Origin: Podarcis melisellensis
Lineage: Eukaryota
DNA: 64,000 bases
Direction: 5' to 3' (one strand)
Assembly: GCA_964234715.1 (NCBI GenBank)
Contig: OZ174276.1
Position 1 is the first letter of the stretch. Each line of letters starts with the position of its first letter. Both the position numbers and the translations under genes were made by a program. The notes below the pieces were generated by a model. That model worked only from the letters and a program-made list of their open reading frames with translations, made no database searches and was not told the DNA's origin. Positions 51,101 to 63,249 of the stretch are shown piece after piece.

Positions 51101-53039
51101 CGAGGTTTTCTCCTGACCCTGAGATATTGGCTGGCTGGATTAGCAGGGAAGCTGCTCCCATAGACCTTAAGCCATTATAAACAAGCTGGAAAGGGTTGGT
51201 GCCTGCCTCCGACAGACACTGCCTCCTGCTAGGAGCCCCATCCATTCACATTTTCAAGCGGCTGCCTGCAGACCCAGGAGGTGCACAGCTTTCCTGTGGG
51301 AGTCACATGGCATGTGCTATTCCCCGTTCAAGTACTGGCGCAGGAACATTTAGTCCCACGCAGCCAGAGTTGGCAAGAGCTTGTGCAAGGCACCCCTTGT
51401 TTGCCAAGAGAGGTGTCTGCATTGATTCCATGGAGTCATGAAAGCGACGTGTGCGCCCTTCTGAGATGAAAGTACAGTGCATGAAGTGACAGCCAAAACC
51501 AAGCAAATCACTCTTCCTTTCCAAAGCTGCAGGTGCTGGGCACCCAAGCGGGTTAAGATGGATGACTAGATCTGTTGCAAAGGCAAGAAGAGAGGAACTG
51601 CTCATGAACAATCTTCCATAGTTGAATTATAAATACTTAACGGGGGGGGGGGGCTGTGAGGAATTATGGGATGCAGGAGTATCCATAGTTCAAGTGCCAT
51701 ACACACAAGAAGCAACGGTCTCACTCTACAAACTTTTGGACCTATTCCATTTTCTATAACCCCTCCTTCGCTCCGCTGACTGCCAGAAGCCTGCTTTTTT
51801 CTCAGAGGACACCCTTCTGTCACCTTCCACTTCATGTGGTAAAATCAGCTTATCATAGCACCACAAATAACACAGCGGACCACAGAGCAGCTAGGGCCTT
51901 CCCTCTCCCCCTTGACTGCTGTCTAGAAGAATCACTAAGAACAGGATCCAGATGCTCAGTCCTTGGTAGGGCACTGGAGAACCCAGTGACCTTGCCCTCT
52001 TCCCCTTTATGAAAACAGCAGAGCTAAGCAATGCTTCACCATCTGCTAGGCATCACAAGAACAGACACAGCTGAAACAGGCACAACTTTCATTGAGCAAC
52101 ATCAGTGATGGCAAAGGAGCATCCAAGCTGTTTTTGTTTAAAAAAAACAACTCTCTCACAGAAACAATTGGAAATGCTGAAGCAGCCCAGGGATTCATAC
52201 CAGCACACAGTGCAGAAAACAGTGGTTGCAAGACAAACTGCAGCTCCATAATTGCTAAAACACAACCTAAGGGTGAAGGAATTACAAGTGACTTTCACAT
52301 GCAATGGACACAAATTGGAAGAGGCTTTGATAATTGGCTTCCCACCCTGCCTGTGGAGCTGCTAAAATTGTAAATAAGATCCAAAAACAGTTATACTGGC
52401 ACGAGACTTGGTGTCCAATTCTATTATTCCTGAATGCCTAGTGTGAGTCCCACACTGAATGGCATGTGGGTCTTTACTCAGCTGGACTTTACTCAAAGAT
52501 GCCTGAATGTCACTGTGACTGAACTGGAGGTATCAACCACACCAAACCTATGTCACTACTTTTAAAAACAAACCTGTTTTCATTTCCATTAGGGCTGTTT
52601 TTTTTTTTAAGTACATTCACAATTCAAGCTAGTTGCAGCAGAATCGCTGAACTTCATTTGACTTTTGCAAAGATAAAATTCAGATTGGAAGTAGTAGGTG
52701 GTTGAACAACCCTCATAAAAATGTAGGCTTTTCGTTCCAAGTTCCTGGCAGCCAGATGATTGCAGAAACGATTTTAAATTTGCTGCCTCTCCCCGCCGCC
52801 GCCACCTACACAGAAAATATGAGTCAAATTCATAATAAACACAAGTACGACATTTATTTAGGAAAGTAAAGAAACAATTTAGGATGAGAGGAGAATAAGG
52901 AGAAGTATGGGGCTAACGTTGTGGGGTGGCCTATTTTAAGCCACTGTCCTTGAAACCCCGCCACGAGGATCTTCGCCTGCAACACATTTTTAAGTGATTG
53001 CAAATTCACATTAGAGTGGGGGAAAGGGTCGGTTTAGAA

Positions 53040-53620
53040 AGAAAAGAGCACCAACGGGCCGGGTAGTCAGAGACGTCCATGCCAAACCGAGGCTTTGCCT
53101 TGCAACACAGGAAGTCCTGTCTCCAGATAAAAGGAATGACCAGGCTTCCCACTGAGCAGCGCGCGCTGATTTTGACGGGCAGGTCCACAGCCAATGAAAA
53201 TAGGCGGGACCGAAAAGGCACAGCCCCACCCACCCTGGAGGTACCGAGCGGAAGGTGACCGAACTTCGAACCTCCGGGACTGGGCGCAGCGGCAAAGGAG
53301 ATGGAACCACCGGTGAGAAACCCGGGGGGAGGGGGGTTCCCCGGGTCCGCCCCCCCCAGAGGATGCGGGGGGGGGGGCTGCGCCCGCGTGAAGCAGCTCC
53401 CGCTGCTCGGTGAGCAGACCTTCCCAGAATGCTCCGCGGGCGGGTGTGTTTGTGTGTTGGGGCTCCCAGCATCCCCTTCGGAGGGGCACGAACGTGTGAA
53501 TGGACTCCCTTCTACTGCTGCCACGCTAGCTGTCCGCATAGGATTGTTCCTGGGGGCGGGATACGGGCCGCGCTCCAAGGCTGCTGGCTCCCTCTCTCTC
53601 CCCCAGCCCCCGCTTTTCAG
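53040..53620 (+). promoter_or_regulatory. CpG island and TATA-less promoter of APEH
   Basis: Dense CpG around the first coding exon. ETS-like CAGGAAGT 53108-53115, CCAAT 53191-53195, GGCGGGA about 53203-53209. Confidence 0.8.
53301..53312 (+). CDS. APEH: APEH exon 1 coding part (MEPP)
   Basis: Strong Kozak context gagATGG and donor CCG|gtgaga. Four-codon first exon, as recalled for mammalian APEH (MERQ). Phase 0 fits exon 2. Confidence 0.8.
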
Positions 53621-55897
53621 AGCTGCGAGATGAGCCCAACTGCAACATGTGAAACAAGTCTTCTCCACAGGCACACCCGGCCAATATGGAGATGTAATTG
53701 GGGGTGGGTGGCAACTCTTCTTTATATCTCCAGTCAAAAGAAAAAAAGTTCCTTTCGCAGTACTACAGCATCCCTCTACTCTTCCCCCTCCAAAAAATAA
53801 AAATAAAATCACGTGCACACAAGGTGGGAACCGTCACAGCTCTGAAACATTTGTATTATAGCGTGTTGACCTGGCATGGTTTAAGAACCCTGAGCGCATG
53901 GGTGACTGGATGTGGCACGAATTTAGGTTGCTACAGGGGGAAAGTCTTAAGGTGGTGGCGGAGGGGGGGTGGTTATCTTCATTCTTTGTCACCACACTGT
54001 TGTTCCCATATATCAAGTGGATTATTAGGGTAAGGTTCCTCACTTGCTTCGGAGAAGGGAGGACTGAGTGTATGAAATAGCTGTTGTTGCTGAGAGAATG
54101 GGACTTTGAACTCTTGCACTAAAGGAGACCTGTTGCTTTAGGGCAGGAGTGGCTGACCTGTGGCTCTTGGACACAGTGTGGCAGGTAGATTGGGTGGAGG
54201 TGTCCCTCTGCTCAGCTCTGCTGGCCTCCACCTGTACAGTGGTATCATTCTGCCAGTATGGACCCCCCTGTTCTGCCTGCTGAGCCTGCAAGTGTATGCA
54301 AGTGCCACTGGCAGGATCCCCGTCAGCAGCGCCCCACACGAAGCCCCAAAATTGGGTGACGTGAAGGCAGGGAAGGGCTGAACCAGCCTGAGATCCATTG
54401 CATTGCAAGTCAACCTCACTGCTGATGGTACTGGACCCAGTCTCCATCCAACTGCTGCACCAGCTCCAGGCATCCCCACTCCTTCCACCCTGGCCAGCCA
54501 AAACAGCATGGGTGTAGCCAAGGGGGGCAGCTGCCCCCCTATTCAATAAAATCCAGCAAGAATGCATAGCAAACTGAGGTTATGCCCTCCCTAACAAAAG
54601 TCCTGCCCCCCTAACAAAAATCCTGACTGCGCCCATGGCAGCCATGGCAATCTGATAAACATCACTTCTGTCTGTTCAGGGTTTGAATTTTGCAACCTAA
54701 ATGATGTTGGACTCTCAACCCCTACCATCTCTGACCACTGGTCATGTTAGCTGAGGTGGAGTCCAACAACATCTGGAGGGCCACAGCTTCCCTATCCTTG
54801 GTTTAGAAAAAAAAAACACAAAGGGGAAGGGGGAGCTGGGGGAGCAGGAAGGATATAGGAAGAGTTCTTCCTGGACACCTTTCCAAACAAAATTCTGTAG
54901 TTGTCAGTGGCCCAAGGTTATTCCCTGATGGCCCAAATGAAATGTTAATGAGCAAGGGAGGCAGGGAATGTTTTTACCCTCCTCCTATTTAGCTTCAATG
55001 ACAATTGATGTCTCTTTTTTGCATGGAAGTTGCTGATTCGGGATCCTCACATGCTTGTGAACTTTTCAGATAGAAGGAGTGATAACTGGTCTTTAATTAC
55101 CATGTGATTGCCTGCCCTGCCTTTCCAAAGTAAATAGTGTGCCAAATGTAGCTATTGAAACTTTGTCCTTCCACAAACCATGTTTCAATTGCTGCGGGCT
55201 TAGAGTGTCACACATTAACTTGGGCTGCTGGGCTGATTAATGTATTGGTAGTTGAAAGAGCACCTTTGCTGCAGCACCTGCAACTTGGTACAGAACAGAC
55301 TTTCTGGTTTTGTCTGTTTCAAAAACAAGTAGACAAGAAACATCCAGCTCTTGTCTGTTTTGGATTGCAAACTTGGGACAAAACAAGTCTTGTGTGTCAC
55401 CTTAAAGATTTAACCAAGGACCCAAAATGTTCCATGAGAAAGGACTTATAAGTAATATAGATTGTGTATTGGTTGTGGTGGGGAATGAAAAGGGAAAACT
55501 GAGCAGGAGACAGGGAGAAACATACACCCTATATCAGTGTGGCAACTTAATTTGCTCAGAAGCAGGTGATGAGCTTCTCTCTCCTATCTACAGCAGTGAT
55601 GTGATTTTTCCTGTATGCACATCAGTAAATCTGCTTAGGTAAGAAAAGAAGTTAGAAGCAGCTGCTACAGCCAATCTTCCTCTAACCTGCAGAAGGTGCA
55701 AAGCCAGGACTGCTTTGTTTCCAGCTATCTGTGTGCTCTCACCTTCACCTCACCAAAGTGGCTCCACCTTCCAGCTTCTCACCCAGAAGCAGTTGTTACT
55801 AGCCATGAGCAAAGGGTTAATTGCAAGCATGTTTGTGTTGCTTTTACCTGGAGTTGGTCCCAACTAATTATGCTGCTGCTTTCTTTTTATTGTGCAG

Positions 55898-56027
55898 TTG
55901 TTGAATGACGCAGAGGAGATAGCTGCTTTGTATCGTGAGCTTAGCCAGTTCCCATCTCTTTCCAGTGCCTCTATTGGGCCAGAGGTAACAACTCAGTATG
56001 GTGGGAAATACTGCAACATTTACACAG
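55898..56027 (+). CDS. APEH: APEH exon 2
   Basis: tgtgcag|LLNDAEEIAALYRELSQFPSLSSASIGPEVTTQYGGKYCNIYT G|gtaaac. Confidence 0.93.
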
Positions 56028-56524
56028 GTAAACCCTCTCCCTCATAGTTGCCAACATTAGTTGGGACCCGTGTTTATATTGCGATTCACTTTGGGATGCC
56101 TTATGAAAAGCAATGAGTACATTTTTCTTTGCCTTGCCTTGAACCATCACTCCTGACAAGATAAACCAGGATACTAGCTGTCAGCACCAGAGTTTCTGTG
56201 GCTTTGACTGGCTGGTTCCTGTGCTTCAGTATCAAACCAACTTTCATCTTCCTCTGATGATCATAAGAAATAAAGCCCAAAGATAGGGTTGTTGGCATTC
56301 TTGACCATGGAATGGGCATGATGAGCCTTTATACATACATTCAATGTATAAGCGACCCTATAACTTCTCTGGGCAGTTCTCTGGGCAGCTTAATGGGATT
56401 TAAAACACACAGAGAGAGACCAAAATTAACAGTAAAACAAACTACAATCCGCATCATTACATAGTCACACATCACATTAAAACAGGTCCCTGGGTATGGT
56501 CCGAATGCACATGAGGTCACCGCT

Positions 56525-56642
56525 TTGCTGAAGCTAAGCAGGCCTGAGTATGGTCAGTGTCTGGATAGGAGACCACCTGCCAACCACGTTGCGAACCATG
56601 ACAGGAGAAGGGTGGGATATAAATGTAAGAAAGTAAATAAAA
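56525..56642 (+). mobile_element. 5S rRNA-derived SINE remnant (SINE3-type) with L2-like tail
   Basis: GAAGCTAAGCAGGCCTGAGTATGGTCAGTGTCTGGATAGGAGACCACCTG resembles the 5S internal control region. Tail GGGTGGGATATAAATGTAA..AAATAAA. Confidence 0.65.
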
Positions 56643-56959
56643 TATTTTTTTGCAGCAACAAATCAATGTAAAATGGGGGGCAATGGAATAAAATCTGTGG
56701 GAGTCAAACCAAGATGAAATCATAACTTTAAACATGGGGAAATAAAGTTATTTGACTGGTGTTGGAAATACATTAAGGTAGGTTGACAGGCAAGTCTCTT
56801 GTGTGGGGAGGCTCCTCTTGTCTGCGCCTGGTCTTGCCTGAAATAGTTGGGGGAAGAGGAGGATGGGACAGTGATGTTGGGATTTTTTTGTGGTAGAGGA
56901 AGATTGGTTCTTTCTGTGGTAGGCTGGACAGAAACTGAGTTCTCTCCCTCCCTTTACAG

Positions 56960-57086
56960 AGTGGTCTCAGCGAGACTTGGAAAGAGCTGAAAATATAAAA
57001 TTCTGCCATCAGTACCTCATCTTCCATGACAGCCACTCCATTGTGTACTCAAGCCCCTCTGGCAATTGCACGGAAATCAAGGGAGA
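56960..57086 (+). CDS. APEH: APEH exon 3
   Basis: ctttacag|EWSQRDLERAENIKFCHQYLIFHDSHSIVYSSPSGNCTEIKG GA|gtaagt. Confidence 0.95.
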
Positions 57087-57557
57087 GTAAGTCTCTTGTT
57101 TGTTGTGTTTCACCACGCTTTCTGCAGAAACAGCAGATCACTACCCAAAGCCTTGCGCTGAAGGGGGTCTCCCAAGGATCAGCACAGCCTTGAACCTCCA
57201 GTGCCAGGGATACATGTTCTGCACCAAAACAATCCAAACCCTTTAATGAGATCAGACTGCTTTACTTTCAAAATTATTTGAGAGTCCATAATTTTGGACC
57301 GAAGGGGCCTCTAAGGCAGCTGACTGAAAATCAGAACACTAAAACAATGGTTAAGCGCCCTAATCTGCAATATCTAGCACTGTCAGAAGCCACAGGGAAA
57401 GACAAAACTGCAAACCTGCCCAGCAGCATATACTTACTCAGCAGGAACTTCTGGAAAATCCCAGTTACAGATAGGTAGCCGTGTTGGTCTGCCATAGTCA
57501 AAACAAAACAAAATTTCCTTCCAGTAGCACCTTAAAGACCAACTAAGTTAGTTCTTG

Positions 57558-57595
57558 ATATGAGCTTTCGTGTGCATGCACACTTCTTCAGATAC
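57558..57595 (-). ncRNA. Minimal hammerhead ribozyme motif, antisense copy
   Basis: Reverse complement reads GUAU CUGAAGA A GUGUG CAUG CACAC GAAA GC UC AUAU. Confidence 0.65.
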
Positions 57596-57600
57596 ACTGT

Positions 57601-57638
57601 GTATCTGAAGAAGTGTGCATGCACACGAAAGCTCATAC
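57601..57638 (+). ncRNA. Minimal type-I hammerhead ribozyme motif (Penelope-type)
   Basis: GUAU CUGAAGA A GUGUG-CAUG-CACAC GAAA GC UC AUAC. Conserved core, stem I GUAU/AUAC, stem II GUGUG/CACAC, stem III reduced to palindromic AGCU. Confidence 0.75.
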
Positions 57639-58238
57639 CAAGAACTAACTTAGTTGGTCTTTAAGGTGCTACTGGAAGGGGAAAAAAATTTGTTTTGGAA
57701 AATCCCAGTTTTTACTGCTTACTAAAGATAAGCAGGCCTTGGTTGGCAGGGGTGTTCCACAGCTGTGGCACCACACTTAAAAAGGCTCTCTCTTGTGTCA
57801 TCCTGCCCTGGGGAAACGTGAGGTGAGGTAGTTCTTCTAATACATTATATGTATTGTCATACGTTTACTTTATTACCAAATGACAATGGAGATGATCCAC
57901 ACGACCCATCCGTCCCTTGCAATATCCTAGCTAGGTGTGCTTCCAAAGCCTTTTGTGTGTGGTGTTTGTTTGTTACCCTTTGCAGCGGCAGGACCCCTTC
58001 CTTAGTGTCAGCACTGGCTGTTTCTCCCAGGACAGAGGGGCTGCTCCCTTCAGGCATAGCCAGCATGGCCTGTGATCTGAACTAATGGGAAGTGGGGAGC
58101 CCAACAACACCTGGAGGGCCACATGTCCCCTGCTTGTCCTGGAAGGATGGGCACATCCTTTCTGGTACCTTCTTTGTACTGGCCTGTGCCTGACCGAAGC
58201 CATATTTCCTAGGCTGACCATCCTGTTTTCCTTCTTAG

Positions 58239-58329
58239 GCTGCTCAGTCGGGACTCTCCCAGTGGAACACAGAAAGCCGTTCTACGAAAGACTAGCAACA
58301 CCAAAGGCGAAGAGAAACAGTTCCTAGAG
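58239..58329 (+). CDS. APEH: APEH exon 4
   Basis: ttcttag|G LLSRDSPSGTQKAVLRKTSNTKGEEKQFLE|gtatat. Confidence 0.94.
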
Positions 58330-58690
58330 GTATATATAGCTGGCTTGAAGAAAGCTGAGCGAAGAGACTTATACCCTGGCTCTCTAATATGTTTCTCCTG
58401 TGTAAGGCAGACTTTCCAGAGATGTTCTGCCCCTTCATTCCCAGCGCAACGTGGCTTCATATTTGGCCCATTTGCTCAGTGATTCTTAAACTATCCATCA
58501 TGCTTCCAACCCGGGAGGCAGTTGTATAGCACTCTGACTTGAGTGGCTTTTGCTTCTTTTTGTTTGAAAGGAAAGGGGTCAGTTTGTGGCTCTTTCATGT
58601 GGCTCAGAATAGGTCCGGTCTCTGAGAAGACATTGGGTACATAAGCAAAGGGGTTCAGAGACTAAATCTGCCATGTGTCTGCTCCCACAG

Positions 58691-58766
58691 GTGTGGGAAA
58701 AGAACCGCAAGGTGAAGAGCATTGAGTTGACAGCCCTGGAGAAGCATGGCCAAGTGTACGAGGACG
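58691..58766 (+). CDS. APEH: APEH exon 5
   Basis: cccacag|VWEKNRKVKSIELTALEKHGQVYED G|gtgaga. Confidence 0.95.
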
Positions 58767-59030
58767 GTGAGATTTCCTTGCAGCTCTGTTTCCATTTGTA
58801 AGAGACAAGAGAAGAGGATAGCTAGGCCCCAACATTCATCCTTTCCTTGCAGCTCGGGAGTGCTGGTGGTGGTAGGGTGTTCTCCGATATCCCTGATATG
58901 CACTGATAAGGGAAGTCATTTTTGTCCTGTTTGAAAAGGGGACCTGGGAAACCTAGGAATGCTTCTGGTCATTGCATTTTTGATTGAGGTCAGTCAGTGA
59001 AATCTATTGTCATATTGTTCCCTGCCCCAG

Positions 59031-59191
59031 ACCAATTTGGCTGCTTGGCCTGGTCACACTCCGAGACGCACCTTCTCTACGTGGCGGAGAAGAAGCGCCC
59101 CAAGGCTGAGTCGTTCTTTAAGCCAAAAGCCCCTGAGCTGAGTAGCGAAGAGGAGCTGGCCAAGACAGAGCGACGAGACAAAGCCATTAAG
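59031..59191 (+). CDS. APEH: APEH exon 6
   Basis: gccccag|DQFGCLAWSHSETHLLYVAEKKRPKAESFF...DKAIK|gtagaa. Confidence 0.96.
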
Positions 59192-59598
59192 GTAGAATGA
59201 ACTTCTGCTTTGCCTTGTGTCCTGCGAGCCAGTATTTCAGTTTCTCTTCATCATCACCATATGCCATTTTTTTTCCATATTCAAAGCAGCTCTATTCATA
59301 AGGCGATGCACTACCAATTACACTTATACCTGAAATGCAGTAAAGCTAATGCTTGCATCTTGAACAGTTGGCTCTGAGGGAGCAGTTGCCTCCAAAGGTG
59401 ATGTCCCTGCAGTGGAACTGCGGAGTTTGTAAGCAAATGTGTGCGGGGGCTTCTCACTCTTCAGGAAGTGGGAAGCGCTTGACTGATGCCAAGTTGAAAA
59501 CCAGTGATGCGGGCCCTGGCAATCTCCCAGGCAGGTGAGACTCCCTTTGCTGTCACTCAAGCTGCCTCTGCATCAGGATCTCTCTTTGCTTTTCCTAG

Positions 59599-59736
59599 GG
59601 AGAGCAGTTTGTGTTCTACGAAGACTGGGGGGAGACCCTGGTGGCTAAAAGCACCCCTGTGCTGTGTGTATTGGACATTGAGAGCAACAACGTTTCGGTC
59701 CTGGAGAGCGTTCCAGAGCACATCTCCCCTGGGCAG
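59599..59736 (+). CDS. APEH: APEH exon 7
   Basis: ttcctag|GEQFVFYEDWGETLVAKSTPVLCVLDIESNNVSVLESVPEHISPGQ|gtcagt. Confidence 0.96.
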
Positions 59737-60235
59737 GTCAGTATAGGATAAACTGAGGGAGAAGGTTGGCACCCAGTTAGATAAGGGTATTTTTATTTAT
59801 TTTAAATACTTGCAATCTTCCTTCTAGCTCCAAGGAGGGTCTCTAAAAGCAACTTACAGAAGATTTCCACATGTTTGGTATCTGGAACAGAAACAATGTG
59901 GAGTCATCCTCGGTGTTGCCTGTTACCCCCACCCCCAAAAGTGTTATTTGCCAACTCCAATACTATAATAGCTGTTCCAAAATGGCTAGGATATAGTGGG
60001 AAGGACTCTGTGCTTGCCGGCCAAGATGCTTCCTTCCTGGAAAGATAATTTCAAAATTATCTTCCAAGACAAGAGCCAGGGAGTGTTCCCCATCCATTTA
60101 ATTCCAGGTTACCATGGTATATATTAGTTGGGTCTGCTCTTGTCTTCCAACCTGTCTTAACCCCGCATGTTGGAGATGTGCTAGAGTCACCCGCCTGCCT
60201 CTCCACACCTGACATGGCATTCCCTTCTCCCCCAG

Positions 60236-60327
60236 GCCTTCTGGGCTCCAGGCGACACTGGGGTGGTATTCACAGGCTGGTGGCACGAGCCCTTCCGCCT
60301 AGGGTTGAGGTACTGCACCAATCGCAG
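60236..60327 (+). CDS. APEH: APEH exon 8
   Basis: cccccag|AFWAPGDTGVVFTGWWHEPFRLGLRYCTNR AG|gtaagt. Confidence 0.96.
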
Positions 60328-60905
60328 GTAAGTTTCCTACCAGGACAAGTAAGAATCCAAGTGGGATTGACTATATTAGATAGATGAGGGACCAAATGGG
60401 GGGAGTGGGCCTACAAACATTCTGGGGTCTTTGGGGTTGGAGGTGCTTTGTATGCCTGCAAAACACACCTGTAGCCAGGGAGGATGTGGTCTTGTGGCTA
60501 TGGAGGAGCTTGTGTGGCTTCATGCAGATGAAGTAGGCACCCAGATTGGACTTGGGCCCTTTTCGATTCTAGAACGTGCCCATTTCCTGTTTGGGAACCA
60601 CCCTGTTGCCTCATCAGGAAGAAGTCACCTCTTCACCCTGTCCTTTTAAACAGGGGCGGGAATTGTTTTTGTTTGTTACTATGTTACGTATTTTTGTGAT
60701 TTTATATTGTAAACCACCCTGTGATCCTCAAATGAAGGTCGGTATAAAAATGTAATTAATAATAATATTCCTGTTATGTTCCTGTCTGGGTGATGAAGGA
60801 GACACTAGCTTGCTGGGAGAAGATAGATGTCCCCACCCCCTTAGCCAGTCTCACGTGATGCTCTCCCATGTAAGCCCCACTTCTGTTTTGTGGTTTTCCT
60901 TCCAG

Positions 60906-60946
60906 ATCAGCTATCTTCTATGTGGACCTGACAGGTGGTCGTTGTG
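60906..60946 (+). CDS. APEH: APEH exon 9
   Basis: cttccag|A SAIFYVDLTGGRC G|gtgaga. Confidence 0.93.
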
Positions 60947-61046
60947 GTGAGACATGTTTTCCTGTTTTATCATCGTCATCATCAGCAGCAGCCATGCAGT
61001 GACTTCTCAGTCCTCTTTTAATTCACTGTATCCCTTCCCATTGCAG

Positions 61047-61168
61047 AGCTGTTATCAGACGACAACAAAGCCATTTGGTCTCCACGCCTGAGCCCAGACC
61101 AATGTCGCATTGTGTACCTGGAGAACCCGGCTTCTGGGCCTCACCAACAGTGCAGCCGTCTCTGCATG
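61047..61168 (+). CDS. APEH: APEH exon 10
   Basis: attgcag|ELLSDDNKAIWSPRLSPDQCRIVYLENPASGPHQQCSRLCM|gtgagt. Confidence 0.96.
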
Positions 61169-62225
61169 GTGAGTATTGCTTTTGAGCCTTAAGTCTTTGC
61201 ATGAGAGACGAATAAGCTCCTGCCCTCTATTTAGACTCCGGAGGTGAAGGCACAAGGAACACTTCTGAACTGGGCCCAGAGGTAGCAGGGAACCCAGACT
61301 CTTGAGTTTTCATTTTGAAAAATGTAAATATCTAGCCCTTTCCAGAAAGAAGGTTGTTATGAAGCAAAATGCGGAGGCATCAGTCTAACCCACTGCTTTG
61401 TAAGAAATGAGCCGGCTCCTGTCTTTCTGTGCTGCAGCTGAAGGAGTACAGTCACAGTTGTGAATGACTGATGAGCACTGTAGAGAAATATTAGTCACAT
61501 ACACACCAGGGAAAAGCAAATTACAGCTTCACAATGTGTTACAGCTCATGAAAATTGAGGTTTTTGCCTGGTTTGGAGTTGGCACTGGGGGAGAGTAGTA
61601 TCAGGTAGAAATTCAACAGGTCACATATTTTCTAGGACAGAAACACAATTATGGGGAAAGTTCCAGCTTTTAGCCTTCTGCCTGCCAGACATCTTATTAC
61701 TTGTGTGTGGCCCCTGATTTATTGTTGGGTCCTCCTCCCTGCCCACAGAAGAGAATGTAAATTGGTATGTATTTGCATATGGCCCAAATTGTATGCAAAT
61801 TGGAGGCCTCTTCTGCAGATAAGGAAGTGGGCCCAATCCCCATGCAGAAAGTCCTGTTGGCAGCTTTGTGAACGAGTCATTGAGCTCTTTGGCCTTTGCC
61901 AAACTGATGTGTGAGAGATCAGGCAAAGCTCTGGATGAGCCTGAGTTAATTCTGCCTTGTTGGCAACCATAGTGGGGAATCCATATTTGCTAGCAGGGGT
62001 TATGAGGGTTGCTTCTTGGAGAGCTTGGTCAGAGGAATTGAGGCAGAGCTCCTCAGTGAGAGCATAAGGAGAACCAAGGCCTGTCATTGTCCACCCAGAA
62101 CTATCACATCAGGCCACTTCAGCACCTCCGTGAAGCATGTCTTGATGCTATAAAATATTTGTGGGGCAAGAAGCTGTGCACTGCCACATCCTTTTCTGAT
62201 GCCTTTTGATCTCTTTTGCCCCCAG

Positions 62226-62286
62226 TACGACTGGTACACAAAGCTCACTTCCGTCGTGGTGGAGATTGTGCCTCGGCAGAGCCAAG
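62226..62286 (+). CDS. APEH: APEH exon 11
   Basis: cccccag|YDWYTKLTSVVVEIVPRQSQ G|gtgtgt. Confidence 0.94.
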
Positions 62287-62667
62287 GTGTGTATTACAAC
62301 CGTGCTGGAGCTCCCAGGGGTGTTTGATGGGATCCGATGGAACCCTGTGGGTATGCCAAGTATTCCATGTGCAACAACAAGCGAAGCCAAATGTTAGGAC
62401 CGCTGCATATCACGCACAGTCATGTATCTTGTTCAGAATGGCCAACATTTATCACTGCGTTAACTACAGGAGTGTAGAATGTGAAATCTGCCTATAGGGC
62501 TGTGGATGGTTTGGGAGAAACAAGGTGGTGTTAAGGAGGAACGAAAGGAGGAGATTCTGGGGCAGTAGGGAAAAGACCTGAGCATTGGGAAAACATGAAA
62601 ACCAACCACAGGCTGCTCATGGCACCTTCTCTGTTAGGGTGTCTCTGGAAGCACCCCTTGGAATCTT

Positions 62668-62733
62668 TCTATATGTGTTGGAAGCCGCCCAGGGTGGCTG
62701 GAGCAACCCAGCCAGTGGAGCATAAATAATAAA

Positions 62734-62776
<43 letters not shown>

Positions 62777-62790
62777 GCAGCAGCAGCAGC
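62668..62790 (+). repeat. L2-like 3' end followed by (ATT)14(AGC)5 compound microsatellite
   Basis: 'ggaagccgcccagggtggctggagcaacccagcca..ataaataataaa', then ATT repeats at 62734-62775 and AGC repeats at 62776-62790. Confidence 0.8.
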
Positions 62791-63249
62791 TTCTTTGCCT
62801 GCCTCAAGTTTGGAATCAGCAATGGCAATTAGGTTCTGTGTCTTCAGCAAGTATTTTTCTGCAGAATCTTTTGCCAGTTTTTTTCAGGAATTCAGAATCC
62901 ACTTTGCCATTAGAAAAGCAGGCTCAGTAGGCAGATCCTGGCTGTGGAATATCACGGGGACTGGCTGCAAAGAGGGATTGGGGGGCCTTGGAATATATAT
63001 CAAGAGAGACAGCATCACGGCTAACCTTCTCATTAGGCAGGGTGAAGTCACTTGTTATAGGTGGCAGATTATTATCATTTTTGTTACCCTGAAAGGGCAG
63101 GAGATTGACAAGAATTTAATTTCATGGGATATTTCTGGCTGGCATCCATGAAAGGGGCTTATCATGTGGCTTCCTGGCCCAGGGGCATCCCTGTGTCTTC
63201 CAACAGAAGGGCAGCTGTTGTTTCAGTGAAGGCGCTTTGTCTCTTACAG

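Larger units (their letters stand above)
57467..57695. mobile_element. Penelope-like retroelement remnant forming a long palindrome
   Basis: 81-bp inverted arms 57517-57597 and 57599-57679 with one mismatch. Flanking 15-bp direct repeat TGGAAAATCCCAGTT at 57452-57466 and 57696-57710. Confidence 0.8.

Noticed and set aside
53006-53818. 270-aa minus-strand ORF and overlapping ORFs
   Set aside because: They coincide with the GC-rich CpG island, where stop codons are scarce. No recognisable domain.
54507-54637. MITE-like element with CATGGGTGTAGCCA / TGACTGCGCCCATG ends
   Set aside because: TIRs are imperfect and no TSD was found. Probably an old hAT relic, but too weak to annotate.
56525-56590. 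5S rRNA gene
   Set aside because: Partial and diverged, with a LINE-type tail instead of a Pol III terminator.
57517-57679. Possible CRISPR repeat or bacterial terminator
   Set aside because: Eukaryotic intron context, a single inverted pair with no spacers. Explained by a Penelope-like remnant.
58330-58340. U12-type intron at donor GTATAT
   Set aside because: Does not match the U12 consensus GTATCCTT, so treated as a weak U2 donor.
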